Origin: Podarcis muralis
Lineage: Eukaryota
Length of the DNA: 64,000 bases
Assembly (NCBI RefSeq): GCF_964188315.1
Contig: NC_135657.1
Location: forward strand, 71,300,001 to 71,364,000
Reading direction: 5' to 3'
Within the stretch, counting starts at the first letter, position 1, and the number at the start of each line of letters is the position of its first letter. The translations under genes were made by a program, and so were the position numbers. Positions 1 through 11,047 of the stretch are shown piece after piece. Under the pieces are notes generated by a model. It did not search any database. It saw only the letters and a program-made list of their open reading frames with translations, and was not told the origin of the DNA.

Positions 1-628
1 GTGTACAGAGCACTATTCAAAAAATAACAACAGAACAACATTTAACAGTGTCTCCTTTCTCCCAATAAATAGGACTTGGTTTTTATTAAATGTATTTGGA
101 ATCAGCGTAGAAGACAATCCAACAAAAAGCATATTTTCCCCTAGTCTATCTAGTTACTTCTTAGAAAAGTCAAGACTATATTTAAATGGAACACAAATTG
201 CTCATATATTTTCATTTTCTAGCAGGACTAGAACAGATATGTCAACAAAATCAAATTGCCTAGCTCAATACAAAAGAAGAATAGAAATGAAAGTGAGGTA
301 GATGGAATGGAGATGCTATCACCACAGAAAAGGCCGATCTGTTTTCGACCCATCTAGCCAACTCCAAAGGACAGCAAATGACACAAGACATACCACAACA
401 CATTAATGATAAGAACACTTGGGTTGGAAAATTGAAGAACTGGTTATTTCACAATTGTACACGCTATTTTGTTGCAGCTCGAATCAAAGCCAAATGCAAA
501 TCAATTATTCAGATTTAGAGTAGGGTGTTTTACAGGAGTGCTCATAATCTCTCTAGTGAATATTCAGAAATGAAAAGACAAACAACAGCTACAGTGTGGG
601 TACCAATCAACCTACCCACCCATCCTGC

Positions 629-630
<2 letters not shown>

Positions 631-662
<32 letters not shown>
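631..662. repeat. (AC)16 microsatellite
   Basis: Perfect AC dinucleotide run. Confidence 0.97.
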
Positions 663-664
<2 letters not shown>

Positions 665-773
665 CACTTCTGTAGTTTGGAAGAGTACTTAAGCTTTTCT
701 TTCTTAAGAATTAAAACACAACAATCAACCCTCACCCTGCTTGGCCTTCACAGACATTATTGGTGTTTTAAGT

Positions 774-776
<3 letters not shown>

Positions 777-838
<62 letters not shown>

Positions 839-840
839 AA
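777..840. repeat. (GAAA)16 microsatellite
   Basis: Perfect tetranucleotide run; explains the SFFL repeats in ORF 725..1132. Confidence 0.97.
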
Positions 841-969
841 AGAGAGAGCTCCAAATATGTTGAAGGGGAGCAGAACAGAAGTCATCTCTAGTCATAACTG
901 AGCTGTGACAACAGCTCATCAACCCATAACACATTTTGAAACAGTACATGCCCAGAAACAGAAATAGAA

Positions 970-970
<1 letters not shown>

Positions 971-1019
<49 letters not shown>

Positions 1020-1037
1020 GGAGGGAGGGAGGGAGGG
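971..1037. repeat. Compound microsatellite (CA)16(GA)8(GGGA)n
   Basis: Directly visible; ends in five GGG tracts separated by single A. Confidence 0.95.
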
Positions 1038-2315
1038 AATAAGGTCACATGCAGCAAAGGAGAAGTATATACAAGGGTCATTCTTTGGGCATTGAGTAAT
1101 CCTGCTCTACATTCTTTGAACATAATAGTCATTCAATAAAATCTGGCTACAGAAATAGTATACCTGTTACCTAATAAACCCATTTTCTTCCTCAATGAGC
1201 TTTTTCTCTCTTTTTTGCGCAAATGCTTTACTGGTGTGAATCAAGTGGAACTAGGTTGTTTTAAAAGGATCCAATAAGCAATGGCCCCACAGCCAAGACG
1301 TGTTGGAAGTGTTCCATGTTACTTGCTTGTATAACAAAGAAAGACTGTAGAATCCATAGGTATTTAGACTCTTCTGTTCAATTTGATTAACAATAGTGAC
1401 TGGCAAAACTCATGGGGGGGAGGGAGAATTATGCTGATGAAGACAGAAAAGTGTATGCTTTAAAATGGGGTAGGGGGAGAGATATTGCACTAAGGGTATT
1501 ATTACTACTGGCATGGAAACTCTTAAGAAAAGAGTAGGGCTCCTTTTGTTTGTTTGTTTTTTGGCAAGTTCTTAAGAAAAAACGTTATAATTGCTTATTT
1601 TGTATGTGGATGACTCCCAGTTCTAGGGGCAAGTTGACTCACTCTCAGATCCATCCCATTTCCTACCAATTTGCTTGCCAGCTTCTGGCTACACCCTAGC
1701 ATCCTGTAAATGAAAGGTTGAATAACTAAATAAAATCCTCCTAGCCAATAAAAAGTTGTTCTCCATGCCTCCATATCCATTAGAATTATCCTTACTTCAG
1801 CCTTAATTTTACCAGCTAAAACCTTGGCACTAATCCTTGATCCCCAAACCATCTATCTTACTGCACTATAATTGTCAGCCTTTCAGCAGCTATGAAACAT
1901 TGCCAGAACTGGTCCATAACTTACTCCACCTGGTCTGAAATCCTTAATCACGTAGTAATTACTTCCCCCATATAGAACTTTAATTTGTTCTTATAGTCTA
2001 CCTCAATCTCTCTACCAATCTCAGCCTCTCCCAACTTTAAGGGTGGGATACTTGCAGCATTCCAGACTCAGTTGTCTGTCGTGGTGTGAAATCTCTGTGA
2101 CTGTCAGCAACAATTAAAAAGCTATTGCTTTTTGTGTTGTTATCGTTTTCTGTTAACCCTGCATTTTCAGCTGTGGTCCATAGTATGCAGGCATTGTATG
2201 TAGGTTCTATATACAGCCTAGAGACCAGCAATGACATCATCTTAGATAGCCTCTTTTGTCCTGCATGGTCAATGTTCCCTTACTCTGGCTGGATTCTCTA
2301 GGGAAGTGATTTAAA

Positions 2316-2767
2316 AAAGGTAAAGTAATAATAATAATAATAAATTTTATTTATATCCCGCCCTCCCCAGCCGAAGCCAGGCTCAGGGCGGCTAACAACA
2401 CTAAAACTAAAAGTAACCCTGACAGTTAAGTCCAGTCGTGAACAACTCTGGGTTTGCGGTGCTCATCTCGCTTTACTGGCCAAGGGAGCCGACGTTTGTC
2501 TGCAGAGAGTTTTTCCGGGTCATGTGGCCAGTATGACTAAGCCACTTCTAGTGAAACCAGAGCAGCACACGGAAACGCCATTTACCTTCCCGCCGGAGCG
2601 GTACCTATTTATCTACTTGCACTTTTGACGTGCTTTGACACTGCTAGGTTGGAAGGAGCTGGGACCAAACAGTTGTGCTTTCCCCTGTCGCGGGGATTCG
2701 AACTGCCAACCTTCTGATCAGCAAGCCCTAGGCTCAGTGATTTAGACCACAGTGCCACCTGCGTCCT
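2316..2767 (-). mobile_element. Sauria SINE, with its 3' tail interrupted by the L2-type tail
   Basis: Reverse complement matches the + strand copies at 20328, 43953 and 52174 (tRNA-like head with A/B boxes, CCAACCTAGCAGT core, GGCCACATGACCCGGAA). The terminal CTTTACCTTT repeat lies at 2316-2325. Confidence 0.92.
2326..2410 (-). mobile_element. Extremely 5'-truncated L2-type 3' tail
   Basis: Reverse complement reads GCCGCCCTGAGCCTGGCTTCGGCTGGGGAGGGCGGGATATAAAT-(TTA)n, the same architecture as the 3' end of the long L2 at 29200-29286. Confidence 0.8.
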
Positions 2768-4088
2768 AGGCAAGTGAGTTACATCTCCCCAAAAGGCCAG
2801 CTCCATGCTGATTCTCTTTTCTTCCTCTTGCCAGTTTCTCTCTCCCAAGGACCCTTTTTAATCCCAATTCTGGATTGCTGTTTCCCCGCTCCTCTTCCCA
2901 GTGCTGGTTTATCCCACTTGTCATCCTGCTCTGTGTGAGGTTTTGCCCACCCCTGTCCCCGACTCATACATATTCAGCAATGGTGGTGGAAGTTTTGCCA
3001 GTATGTTGTAACAATGCAGACATACTGCACAGCTTGCCTGCATCTGATACACTTCCTCAGGGCCATTGCACATGCTACTTTTCTTAGATGGAAGGGTCCA
3101 CCTTAAAAATGGAAACACATGTTTGGAACGATCTATTATCTCACCAGCGAGGCAGCATTAGCTGCAGTTCTTTGTCAAGTGGTACACACAATTGCAAATC
3201 TAAGTTAGCATGGAAAGTCCCTTACAGTGTAAAATGTTGGGAGAACAAAAGTCTTATGTGATGTTAACAAAACAAAACAAGGAGGAATGGAATGGCAGAG
3301 AGACAAAGGAGGTGGTTACAGAAGGAGTACAACAAATATAGATGTAGAATAAAAGATACATTAAGGAGCAGTATGTTTTAGAAAATGGTTAGGAGGAGGA
3401 AATGCTGGGTAAAAATGTGTGGCTAATGTAATGCTACAGCCCTCGTGAGTTAGAAAACACGAATGTAAAAGTGGCATTCAGAATGATTTGAGTCATTTAG
3501 CCCTGGAGTTACGGTTAGTTGTCTCTGTCTTGAACCCAAAGAAACTGAGATACATAACACAATGATACCTTTTCAGCCCTATGGTCCTAAGTACACTTCC
3601 TTACAAGTGAGACTAACCAAACATATTTAAGATTCACAGGTTGGTTGATGGAGGAGTATTCAAATGTGTTGGCCCAATAAATGGTATCACCTTTCCAATG
3701 CTAATTGCGGGGGTTTTCTGTTCAAGATTGTTTTTGAACTGGTTGACACGAGCTGGAACAAACATCCAGAGAAACTTTAAACTAATCTTGGTGTGGTAAC
3801 TCACCATACACCCACACAGTTGTGCTTTCTTAATGTGGTTGGAAACTTTTTTTTTTGTCAGACAGAAAAATAAAAGGAGGCTTACATGTATTATTATATG
3901 TTTAAAACCTTTTCCACATCACATTTGTTCATTCAATATTGCTACCTGCCACAGAGGTAGGTTTTACATTTACAGGTGTACCCCACCTTCCCAGTTTATT
4001 CATTTCTACTTTATAAACCTTCAGCTGTCATAACAGGTTCCATAACCATGATGGGAGAGGCTAGGCTTGCTCCAGCCAGCTCTGCCAC

Positions 4089-4178
4089 AGGCTGTAGCTC
4101 AGTGGCAGAGTCAGAATAAGCAGTACTGATCTTGATGCACCAATAGTCTGCCATAGTATAAGGCGGCTTTCCTATGCT
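4089..4178 (+). mobile_element. Internally deleted Squam3-like tRNA-derived SINE
   Basis: Head GGCTGTAGCTCAGTGGCAGAG joined to tail ...AGTATAAGGCGGCTTTCCTATG; both parts match the reverse-strand copy at 10888-11047. Confidence 0.6.
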
Positions 4179-4194
4179 TTAATGACATGTAGCT

Positions 4195-4564
4195 ATTTGT
4201 TTGTTAAATTTATAGACCGCCCTTCATCTGAGGATCACAGTATAAAAACACAAAAATACCTGACATAACAAGAAACAAAACAATACCCGCTACCCAGTTT
4301 AAAAGGCCATAGATTGTTTAATTAGTCAAAGGCCTGGGAGAAGAGGCTTGTTTTTCCCTAGTGCTTAAAGATATGCAATGAAGGGACCAGGCGAGCCTCC
4401 CTGGGTGAGCATTCCACAAGTGGGGAGCCACCACAGAAAAGGCCTCTTCTCATGTTCCCACCCTCCTGACCTTTCGTAAAGGAAGCATGTGAAGAAGGGC
4501 CTCAGATGATGATCACAGGGTCTGGGTCAGTTCACAGGGAGAGAGGCGGTCCTTGGAAGTATTG
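4195..4564 (-). mobile_element. L2 LINE 3' fragment (older subfamily)
   Basis: Reverse complement resembles the ORF2 C-terminal region (GGCCTTTTCTGTGGTGGCTCCCCACTTGTGGAATGCTC) followed by the GATGAAGGGCGG tail. Confidence 0.85.
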
Positions 4565-4895
4565 TTTCAAACCATCTCCATGTATAACATGTTACAGAAA
4601 TCTAACCTAGAGGTTAACAGAGTATCAACAACAGAAGTTAGCTTTTAAACTCTGATATGATCATAATTGTCACAGGCAGCTGGAATTTATCCTCTACCCT
4701 CTTTTCACATGAAACAAGAACAGATCCATGTACTGAGTAAGAGGAAATTTCAGAAGTATACAACAGAGTGCAGAAGAAGTCCTGTTGTCATGCAGATGTA
4801 TCTCAAAGACCGGATTTCAGCAGAGACATTATGCTGGCAATAGTAGGATACACTTGACATAATGGTTGTATCCATCCTGCATAGTGAAAGAATAA

Positions 4896-5010
4896 CTAGT
4901 TGCTCTTGTTCGACTACTGCTCCCATCATCCCTGACCACTGGCCCTGCTAGCTAGGGATTATGGGAGTTGTAGTCCAACAACAACTTGAGACCCAAGCTA
5001 GAGAAACATT
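4896..5010. mobile_element. Decayed hAT-type MITE (same family as 44651-44786)
   Basis: CTCCCATCATCCCTGACCACTGG...ATGGGAGTTGTAGTCC internal palindrome shared with the intact copy. Confidence 0.7.
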
Positions 5011-5324
5011 GACCTACAGTCACTGAAAGCTGAAGATGCTGTCTTTCTTATCCCTGTATTTAACAGAAGCATTAACCTCCTGCATCGGGTTATATTAAAT
5101 CCACTGCCACATGACTTTCTGCTATCTCATCCTTGTCAGTTCCTTAACTCTCCCACATTCAAGTATAAGTCCTGTTGGCAGGCAGGCATGTCAATATTTT
5201 ATACAGCACTATTACTGTGCTCTCTATTCTATCCATATCCATCTATCTACTTTTGTCAAGAAGTGTGTTCCTCTGCCATTTGAAATATGCCCCTTGACTC
5301 AAAAATATGGTCTTCGAATGAAGG

Positions 5325-5453
5325 CATGGGTGCAGCCAGGATTTGTGGGGGGGTGGCAGGCGGCACCTAACCTCAGTTAGTTATTTTTATTATGTATTTT
5401 TATTGATTGGGGGGGGGAGCTGCGCCTTTCTGCTCCCCCTGGTTACGCCCATG
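5325..5453. mobile_element. hAT-type MITE with CATGGGYGYARCCAGG termini
   Basis: 16-bp imperfect TIRs (CATGGGTGCAGCCAGG / CCTGGTTACGCCCATG); 8-bp TSD AATGAAGG/GATGAAGG; related copies at 19197 and 36399. Confidence 0.8.
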
Positions 5454-6052
5454 GATGAAGGGTGGTATATAAATTTAATAAATAATAAAATGATTGCTCT
5501 TTTGGTTCAACCTTGAAATAATATTCTGGAGAGCTTCAGCTATAGGGTGTAGAATAGTTGTAGAATAGAGACACAGGATTGCTAGTGGAATTCTGAAGTA
5601 CTGCACAGCACACAGATGCACAACTTGCAATTCAGAAAGGTGAGCACAGCCTACCAGCCAAGTCTGATGGCTCATAAGGGACTCGACAAATTGTCAAGTT
5701 TTGCCGCCTGTCTGGAACAGCAAGAACAAGCTTCCGCTTTACAGGCTCACAAATCGCGCAGGCCTGATTCAGCAGATACATCACTTGCTTTCACTTCATT
5801 TTCTACTGCTTCTCTAGCCGAGCTTCTGATGTGATGGCAGCAATTACTCTTAATTGTTAAGCGTGTTGTCTATGCAAAGGCTGCATTTGCATGTCATCGT
5901 AGGAGCGCTGGGTTGTCCCATGGTTTCTTATGAATGAGCAGTGTTCTGGTGCATGCCGTCCAATCACTCCTGCTTTGCTGCGCCTTGGAGTGAGCAGGGA
6001 GAAACATACCAATAATCTGCTATTAAGCTTGGCTTCCTGGGATGCTTGAACC

Positions 6053-6195
6053 CATAGAATCATAGAAGTGTTGAGTCGGAATGTACCTGGAGGGTCATGT
6101 AGTCCAACCCCCTGCAACGCAGCAATCTTTTGCTCAATCTGGAGGTCAAACCCATGATCCCGAGATTAAGAGGCTCCTGCTCTACTGACTGTGCC
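6053..6195 (-). mobile_element. tRNA-Lys-derived SINE with CR1-type 3' tail
   Basis: Reverse complement has a tRNA-Lys-like head (GGCACAGTCAGTAGAGCAGGAGCCTCTTAATCTCGGGATCATGGGTTTGA) and a CR1-like tail ending in (TTCTATGA)-like repeats. Confidence 0.75.
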
Positions 6196-7047
6196 AGGAG
6201 AAGAGCAGAGCAAGAGCAGTTGGGTAGCAGGCACTAGCTCATTCCCCCTGCTCATTCACAATACCCCACAAGCCGGCAACCCTGGCTTGCTGTGACCTGA
6301 TTAAGAAACCAAAGTTTCCAATATTTTGGGTGCAGTGGGGAGGGTTCTTTTCTTCTTTTTGTTAATCACCACAGCCAGTCAAAATTATTTCTCTCTTTCT
6401 CACTTTTCACTCTTTTTCTGTGCTTCTTTTGCAAAAAAAAAAGGGGGGGGGCAGCCAGGGTGGAAGAGTTTTAAAGTTTTTGGAATAAAGTGTGCATCCA
6501 GAAAGCTCTGGATATTTATTTTTTTAAAAAAACATGTCTAAGAGGCATAGTGCTTTCACCTCCTGCTAATCTGCCTCTCTTTTTTTTTTTGAGAAGGCAG
6601 GATATTTGCTTTTTATCATCCCCATCGTTTAAACTTCCCTTTTCGCAGATACAGTAGCACAGTTTGTACTCTTCAGAATTGCTGAGTCAAAGCAAAAATA
6701 GTCCAAGTAATTAAAATAAAGAAGGGGGGAAGGAAAACTTCCCTTGCAGAACTTCCAATTTGCCACATGCTAAAACCACACTACAAATCATGACGCACCA
6801 CAGAGAACATGGGCTTCTCCTTCATGGCGAAGCCAGAGCTTTGCTCTTTCTTCCCTCTTGCACGCAGACATACGAGATAAAAATACTTCGCTACAGTTTA
6901 GTCATCTCAAAACTCTGTCAAAGCCTTCCAGTGGTCGGCTTCAATACTTTTGCACGATATTAAACCCTGTTTATAAACTGTGGCTTATGTGTGGGAGGGA
7001 GCAAAGAAGAGGTTTCTGTGTGTAATGCTAATGTTTGTTTCACTTAA

Positions 7048-7133
7048 GACTGAAAATGCACCCTTACCCAGGAGCAAGTCTTACTGAACTCAATGAGACT
7101 CCTGTCTGAGTAAACGTTCTGAGGAATGCACTG
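7048..7133. repeat. Degenerate palindromic element (old hairpin MITE family)
   Basis: Arms match at 16 of 24 positions around a central TGAACTCAATG; relatives near 10650-10700, 34340-34405, 51744-51956 and 60150-60225. Confidence 0.55.
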
Positions 7134-7320
7134 CTAAGAGTCTTGTTCCATGCATTCTGAGGTAGGAAACTCACTGTTTTTTCTATCCAAAATGTTCTGC
7201 ATCAGGAATAAGTAACCTTGGAACTTCCATATACTGTGGACTACCACTGGCCCCAGTCAGAATGGAAAATGCTCAAGGATTAATTTTTTTTAAGTCAGAC
7301 TCCCCCCCCCTTTTTTTTTT

Positions 7321-7385
7321 TTGCCTCAACATGCATCATGTTACACTTGTTTGCACTGAATTGCATTTGCCATTTTGCTGCCCGC
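7321..7385 (-). mobile_element. CR1 LINE RT fossil fragment
   Basis: Translates to AAKWQMQFSANKCNMMHV, matching the CR1 ORF2 motif WQMKFNVDKCKVMH. Confidence 0.75.
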
Positions 7386-8997
7386 AATTTGCCTGGATTA
7401 ATCAAAACTGAGTCAAAAAGAAAAACACAGAAGCAAACACTTCCAATCTCTTCTTTGAGGCCACAACAGAGCAAGAGAGAGAGAGAGGAGGGTAAGAAGC
7501 CAAGGCTTGATAACAATACCAAATGCAGCCTAAGAGCTAGCTCTCACTTGAAAATCAGGCTGAAGTACCAGAGTTTCAAATGCAAAATAATGCACACACA
7601 GTTTAAGTGCTCCCCTTTCCTGTTTATTTCAGGGACACCCATTGAAACATGCAGGCACAACTGACAATGCCATGCATTACATTTAAATAGGTTGCTTTTC
7701 ATCCCAGAGCTTTAAAGGGGAAGTGTGTACGGGATCTAATGAGTTCCAAGTACAACGCTTGGCAGATAGGTAAAGTAGGTGAAAGGGACGAGTTATGTAC
7801 CAATGGCAACCTGCTTCACTTCTGCAATTTTCATTACGGGATTCTAGGAACTGTAGCTTTTCAGAAGGGGGTCTCTAATAGAATCCTCAGGACCAAATTA
7901 TACTTCCCAGGGTTCAACTCAGGTAGCCATAATTATATACTGGCTTTAAACTGGTTTACATTTGATGGGTAGACAAGAGAAGGGAGAAAATACCGCTCTC
8001 TTGACTCTAAAGGTAAGAAACCATGTGTGCTGCTACTAACGCCTATGTTCTTTGCAGCCTCACTATATAGTGTAGTATCACAGATCATATGCAGTTGCAA
8101 CATACTAATAAATGTCAATTACTTTATTTAAAAATAATGTGTGCTCGTTTAAAACACACACATACATCTCTGAGTCATGCTGGTTGCATGGAGAGATCAT
8201 AACCAAAATTGGCAATGCGTTCACTTAAAACCATCTGCTACTAAAGCATTTCACCCTGGAAAATGCAAATGGCTGAATAATTAACTGCAAATGGTTGCTG
8301 GGTCAGGGCAGGAGACAGAGAGGTCCACAACCTTGAACTACTACTGCTGATGTTTAGTATCTTTATCTCTTGTTCCCTATGGGCTACAGCTGCTTGCTAT
8401 CTCAAAGGATGAATGACCTGACTGCTGTGAATTATGTCTGCTTATCTCTGAGACAGAGCATGCCCTAAGTCATTAAGTCACCTATGAATATAGCCCTGAG
8501 GGATTTAAGACAGCAAATAAAACTCCTCTCTTGTTTTTAGCCAACGTGTCAGAAACCTTCTGTGTGCTCTTGACGAGATATGGTTGTGTTCATTCTAGCG
8601 GTTTAATGCAGCCTTACTGCTAGAATTACTACTGGAAATATATCTACCAGTGCACAGGTTTTCTTGTTTCCTAGTGGCTGGATTCATGGAAACATTTTAA
8701 TAGTAGTCCCGGGGGCTTCACAACTGCATACTTTATCTTTCCAACACCACTGTAGGCCATGTTGAGAAGTACCAACTTAGCCAAGCTCAACTGTTACCAA
8801 TCAAGGCTCTTTACTGAACCAAAATGGCTCTTGACAGTAGAATTCTAGGATTATGCCCTGACACAGAAGTGTTAAAATATTAGCACTAATATATATACTT
8901 ATTTGCAACCAGAGAAAATGTTTCTCCTACTTCAGAACAAACAAATATTTATGCCCTGAATTTGCGAACCAACCTTGACCCCGCAATCATCCTCTAA

Positions 8998-9244
8998 CAG
9001 GAGAACAGGCCTTTTCTAACAGTGGCTCCCCATTTGTGGAATGCTCTCCCCCCAGGAAGGCTTGCCTGTCACCTTCATTACATATCTTCGGGTGACAGAC
9101 AAAAACATTCCCCTTCAACCAGGCCTTTTGTGGGAGTGGGTATTGGGTGTTTTGTTTTGTTATGTATTTTGTGTTTTCATTTTTTATTTTTATGTTGTAT
9201 ACTGCCTGTGATCTTTGGATGAAGGGTGGTATGTAAATGTAATT
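8998..9244 (+). mobile_element. L2 LINE 3' fragment (older subfamily)
   Basis: AACAGGCCTTTTCTAACAGTGGCTCCCCATTTGTGGAATGCTCTCCC plus tail GTGATCTTTGGATGAAGGGTGGTATGTAAAT. Confidence 0.85.
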
Positions 9245-9266
9245 AGTCATAATCATAATCATAATA

Positions 9267-9526
9267 CCACCGTATTGGCCCGAATATAAGCCGCATGCAA
9301 ATATAAACCACACCTTTAAAATTGGAGGGGGGGAGAGATAAAAATCCCAAATATAAGTCGCTCCATTCCTCGCTGGCTCCTGGCTGCATACGGGGGGGCA
9401 CTCCTGGCGCTGTTTGCCCTGCGCTCCTGGCTGCATACCCTAAGGTCACGAATATAAGCCACACTTCAACTTTTCACAGTCGGATTTTGGGGAAAAGTTA
9501 GGCTTATATTCAGGCCAATATGGTGG
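9267..9526. mobile_element. Tc1/mariner-superfamily (Tc2/pogo-like) MITE
   Basis: 26-bp TIRs CCACCGTATTGGCCCGAATATAAGCC / GGCTTATATTCAGGCCAATATGGTGG (2 mismatches) flanked by TA on both sides; internal direct repeat GCTCCTGGCTGCATAC. Confidence 0.88.
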
Positions 9527-9549
9527 TAGTAGTAATAGTAGTAGTAGTA

Positions 9550-9596
<47 letters not shown>
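9527..9596. repeat. (TAG)n(TAA)n trinucleotide microsatellite
   Basis: Directly visible; source of the poly-Tyr run in ORF 9466..9927. Confidence 0.95.
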
Positions 9597-10230
9597 CTTG
9601 TTGTATTGCAATCTTTTCTGAATTACCCTCGTTGTTTTCTTTTAAAACCAACCTGATTTGTGGGAATTTTCCTGGCTTACAATTGAAGTGCCAGCCTTTC
9701 ACATGTGAATTGGCAAAGTGCTGCCAATGTGGTTTGTAAGGTGGTGGGAGTTGTGTTCTGTGCCCAGCTTGGTGGTGCTGTTGTGACAAAGAATCTTCAG
9801 CTGGTCCATCTCGCTGCCTGCAGTTGGAAGAAGCAATGGAAAGCTCCTCGTTCATCCCAGGAACTCTTCCTCCCTGGGCTCTGTGACACACCAGAAACAA
9901 GCCAGTGCCCTTTGGCATTAAAACCACACCCTCTTGCTCACTGGCTCTCTCTCTATTGGTGCATCTGAGCAGGATGGCGCAACCCAGTGTGGGGAGAATG
10001 GCCTTTGATCACTAATATTCATTCTCTGCAGCTGCAACCCAGCAAGGCAAGCTATCTGAGTAAGTGCTCTTGGATCTGATCACACCACATGCTCCCCATT
10101 ATTATTAACCTGAGCTCAATCAAGTCAGGTAGACATCTTTCCACCTTCGGTCCCATTGCTGTGTTGAGGGACATCTTCAGCAGAAGAAAACACTAAGGAG
10201 TACACCCTACACAAGTCCAGAGTAAAGTCC

Positions 10231-10321
10231 CTAAGACAGCTGAATGGTGCCTTGTACACCTCTTCCAGCAATTTCTGCAGCCAAGCTGGTACTAAATGTA
10301 TTGCTGTTTTCCTTCGGACCA
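10231..10321 (-). other. Candidate exon 3 (coding part to TAG) of an orphan spliced unit
   Basis: Acceptor CCTTTTTGCCTCACTGTAG|; frame continuous with the 129-nt exon upstream. No homology recognised. Confidence 0.35.
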
Positions 10322-10467
10322 CTACAGTGAGGCAAAAAGGGGGAGGGTCCTGTCATCTGGGCAGCCCTGGACATACATACACACAGCCTAGGCTTATGCC
10401 CCAGAGAGATCTTTTTAGTGCTGCTATCGCAGCAAAAACAATACAAGAGGCAGGAGTTATGAGTTAC

Positions 10468-10596
10468 CGGGCTCTGCAGCCACAGCAGGCGCTGTGATTC
10501 TCCAGCGGTTTGACTTCACCCCTGGAGGTGCACTCCATTGTCTCTCGAGACAGGCGGATGCCAACAAAGTCCCACTGCTGCACAACAGTCCACGTG
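10468..10596 (-). other. Candidate 129-nt symmetric exon 2 of an orphan spliced unit
   Basis: Acceptor TTTTTGCTTATTATCCCAG|, donor CCG|GTAACT; length divisible by 3; two frames open; CpG-retaining. Confidence 0.45.
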
Positions 10597-10887
10597 CTGG
10601 GATAATAAGCAAAAATGTTTTACAAATTAATACAGTACTGCAACATGAAATGGCAGCAATTCCAAGCATGCTTTCCAGGGAGTAAGTCCCATTGCACGGA
10701 ATACCAAAATTCTTAGGATCCTTGGGTACAGCTGCAATCACCCATTTTTGTCTCTGCTGTAAAGATGGGAGCTGCAGAATGTTAATAAAGATCTAGCACT
10801 GTTATTAAGTGTGTGTAACTACAATTATAATTCCATTTCCAGCTGCTCCTGGAAGAGCAATCCTTCAGCAGGGCTAAACGAAGGATC

Positions 10888-11047
10888 ACAGGAGGCTGCC
10901 TTATACCACATTGCTCCATCTAGCTTGGTATCTACGCTGACTGGAGTGGCATTCCAGGGTTTCAGGCAGGAATACTCCTCAGCCCTAGAGTTGGGGACTG
11001 AACTTGGAACCTTTTGCATGCACCACTGAATGAACTATGGCCCTTCC
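10888..11047 (-). mobile_element. Squam3-like tRNA-derived SINE
   Basis: Reverse complement GGAAGGGCCATAGTTCATTCAGTGGTGCATGCAAAAGGTTCCAAGTTCAGTCCC...CCTGAAACCCTGG...GTATAAGGCAGCCTCCT. Confidence 0.75.

Noticed and set aside
725-1139. ORFs 725..1132 (-) and 936..1139 (+)
   Set aside because: They stay open only because they cross stop-free microsatellites (CVCV, THTH, SFFL repeats).
3692-3798. ATG|GTGAGT donor plus a 62-nt open exon candidate on the minus strand
   Set aside because: The implied intron is only 52 nt, and the downstream donor falls in what looks like a Penelope terminal-repeat remnant (GTTGGCCCAATAAATGGTATCACC).
6053-6195. tRNA-like sequences here and at the other SINE heads
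   Set aside because: Degenerate, lacking a complete cloverleaf, and fused to LINE-derived tails; these are SINEs, not tRNA genes.
9466-9927. 153-aa ORF with a poly-Tyr run
   Set aside because: The poly-Tyr comes from the (TAA/TAG)n microsatellite and the end lies in a MITE; no domain is recognisable.
10468-10596. Reading the in-frame TGA in the third frame of the 129-nt exon as selenocysteine
   Set aside because: No resemblance to a known selenoprotein family and no SECIS element identified downstream.
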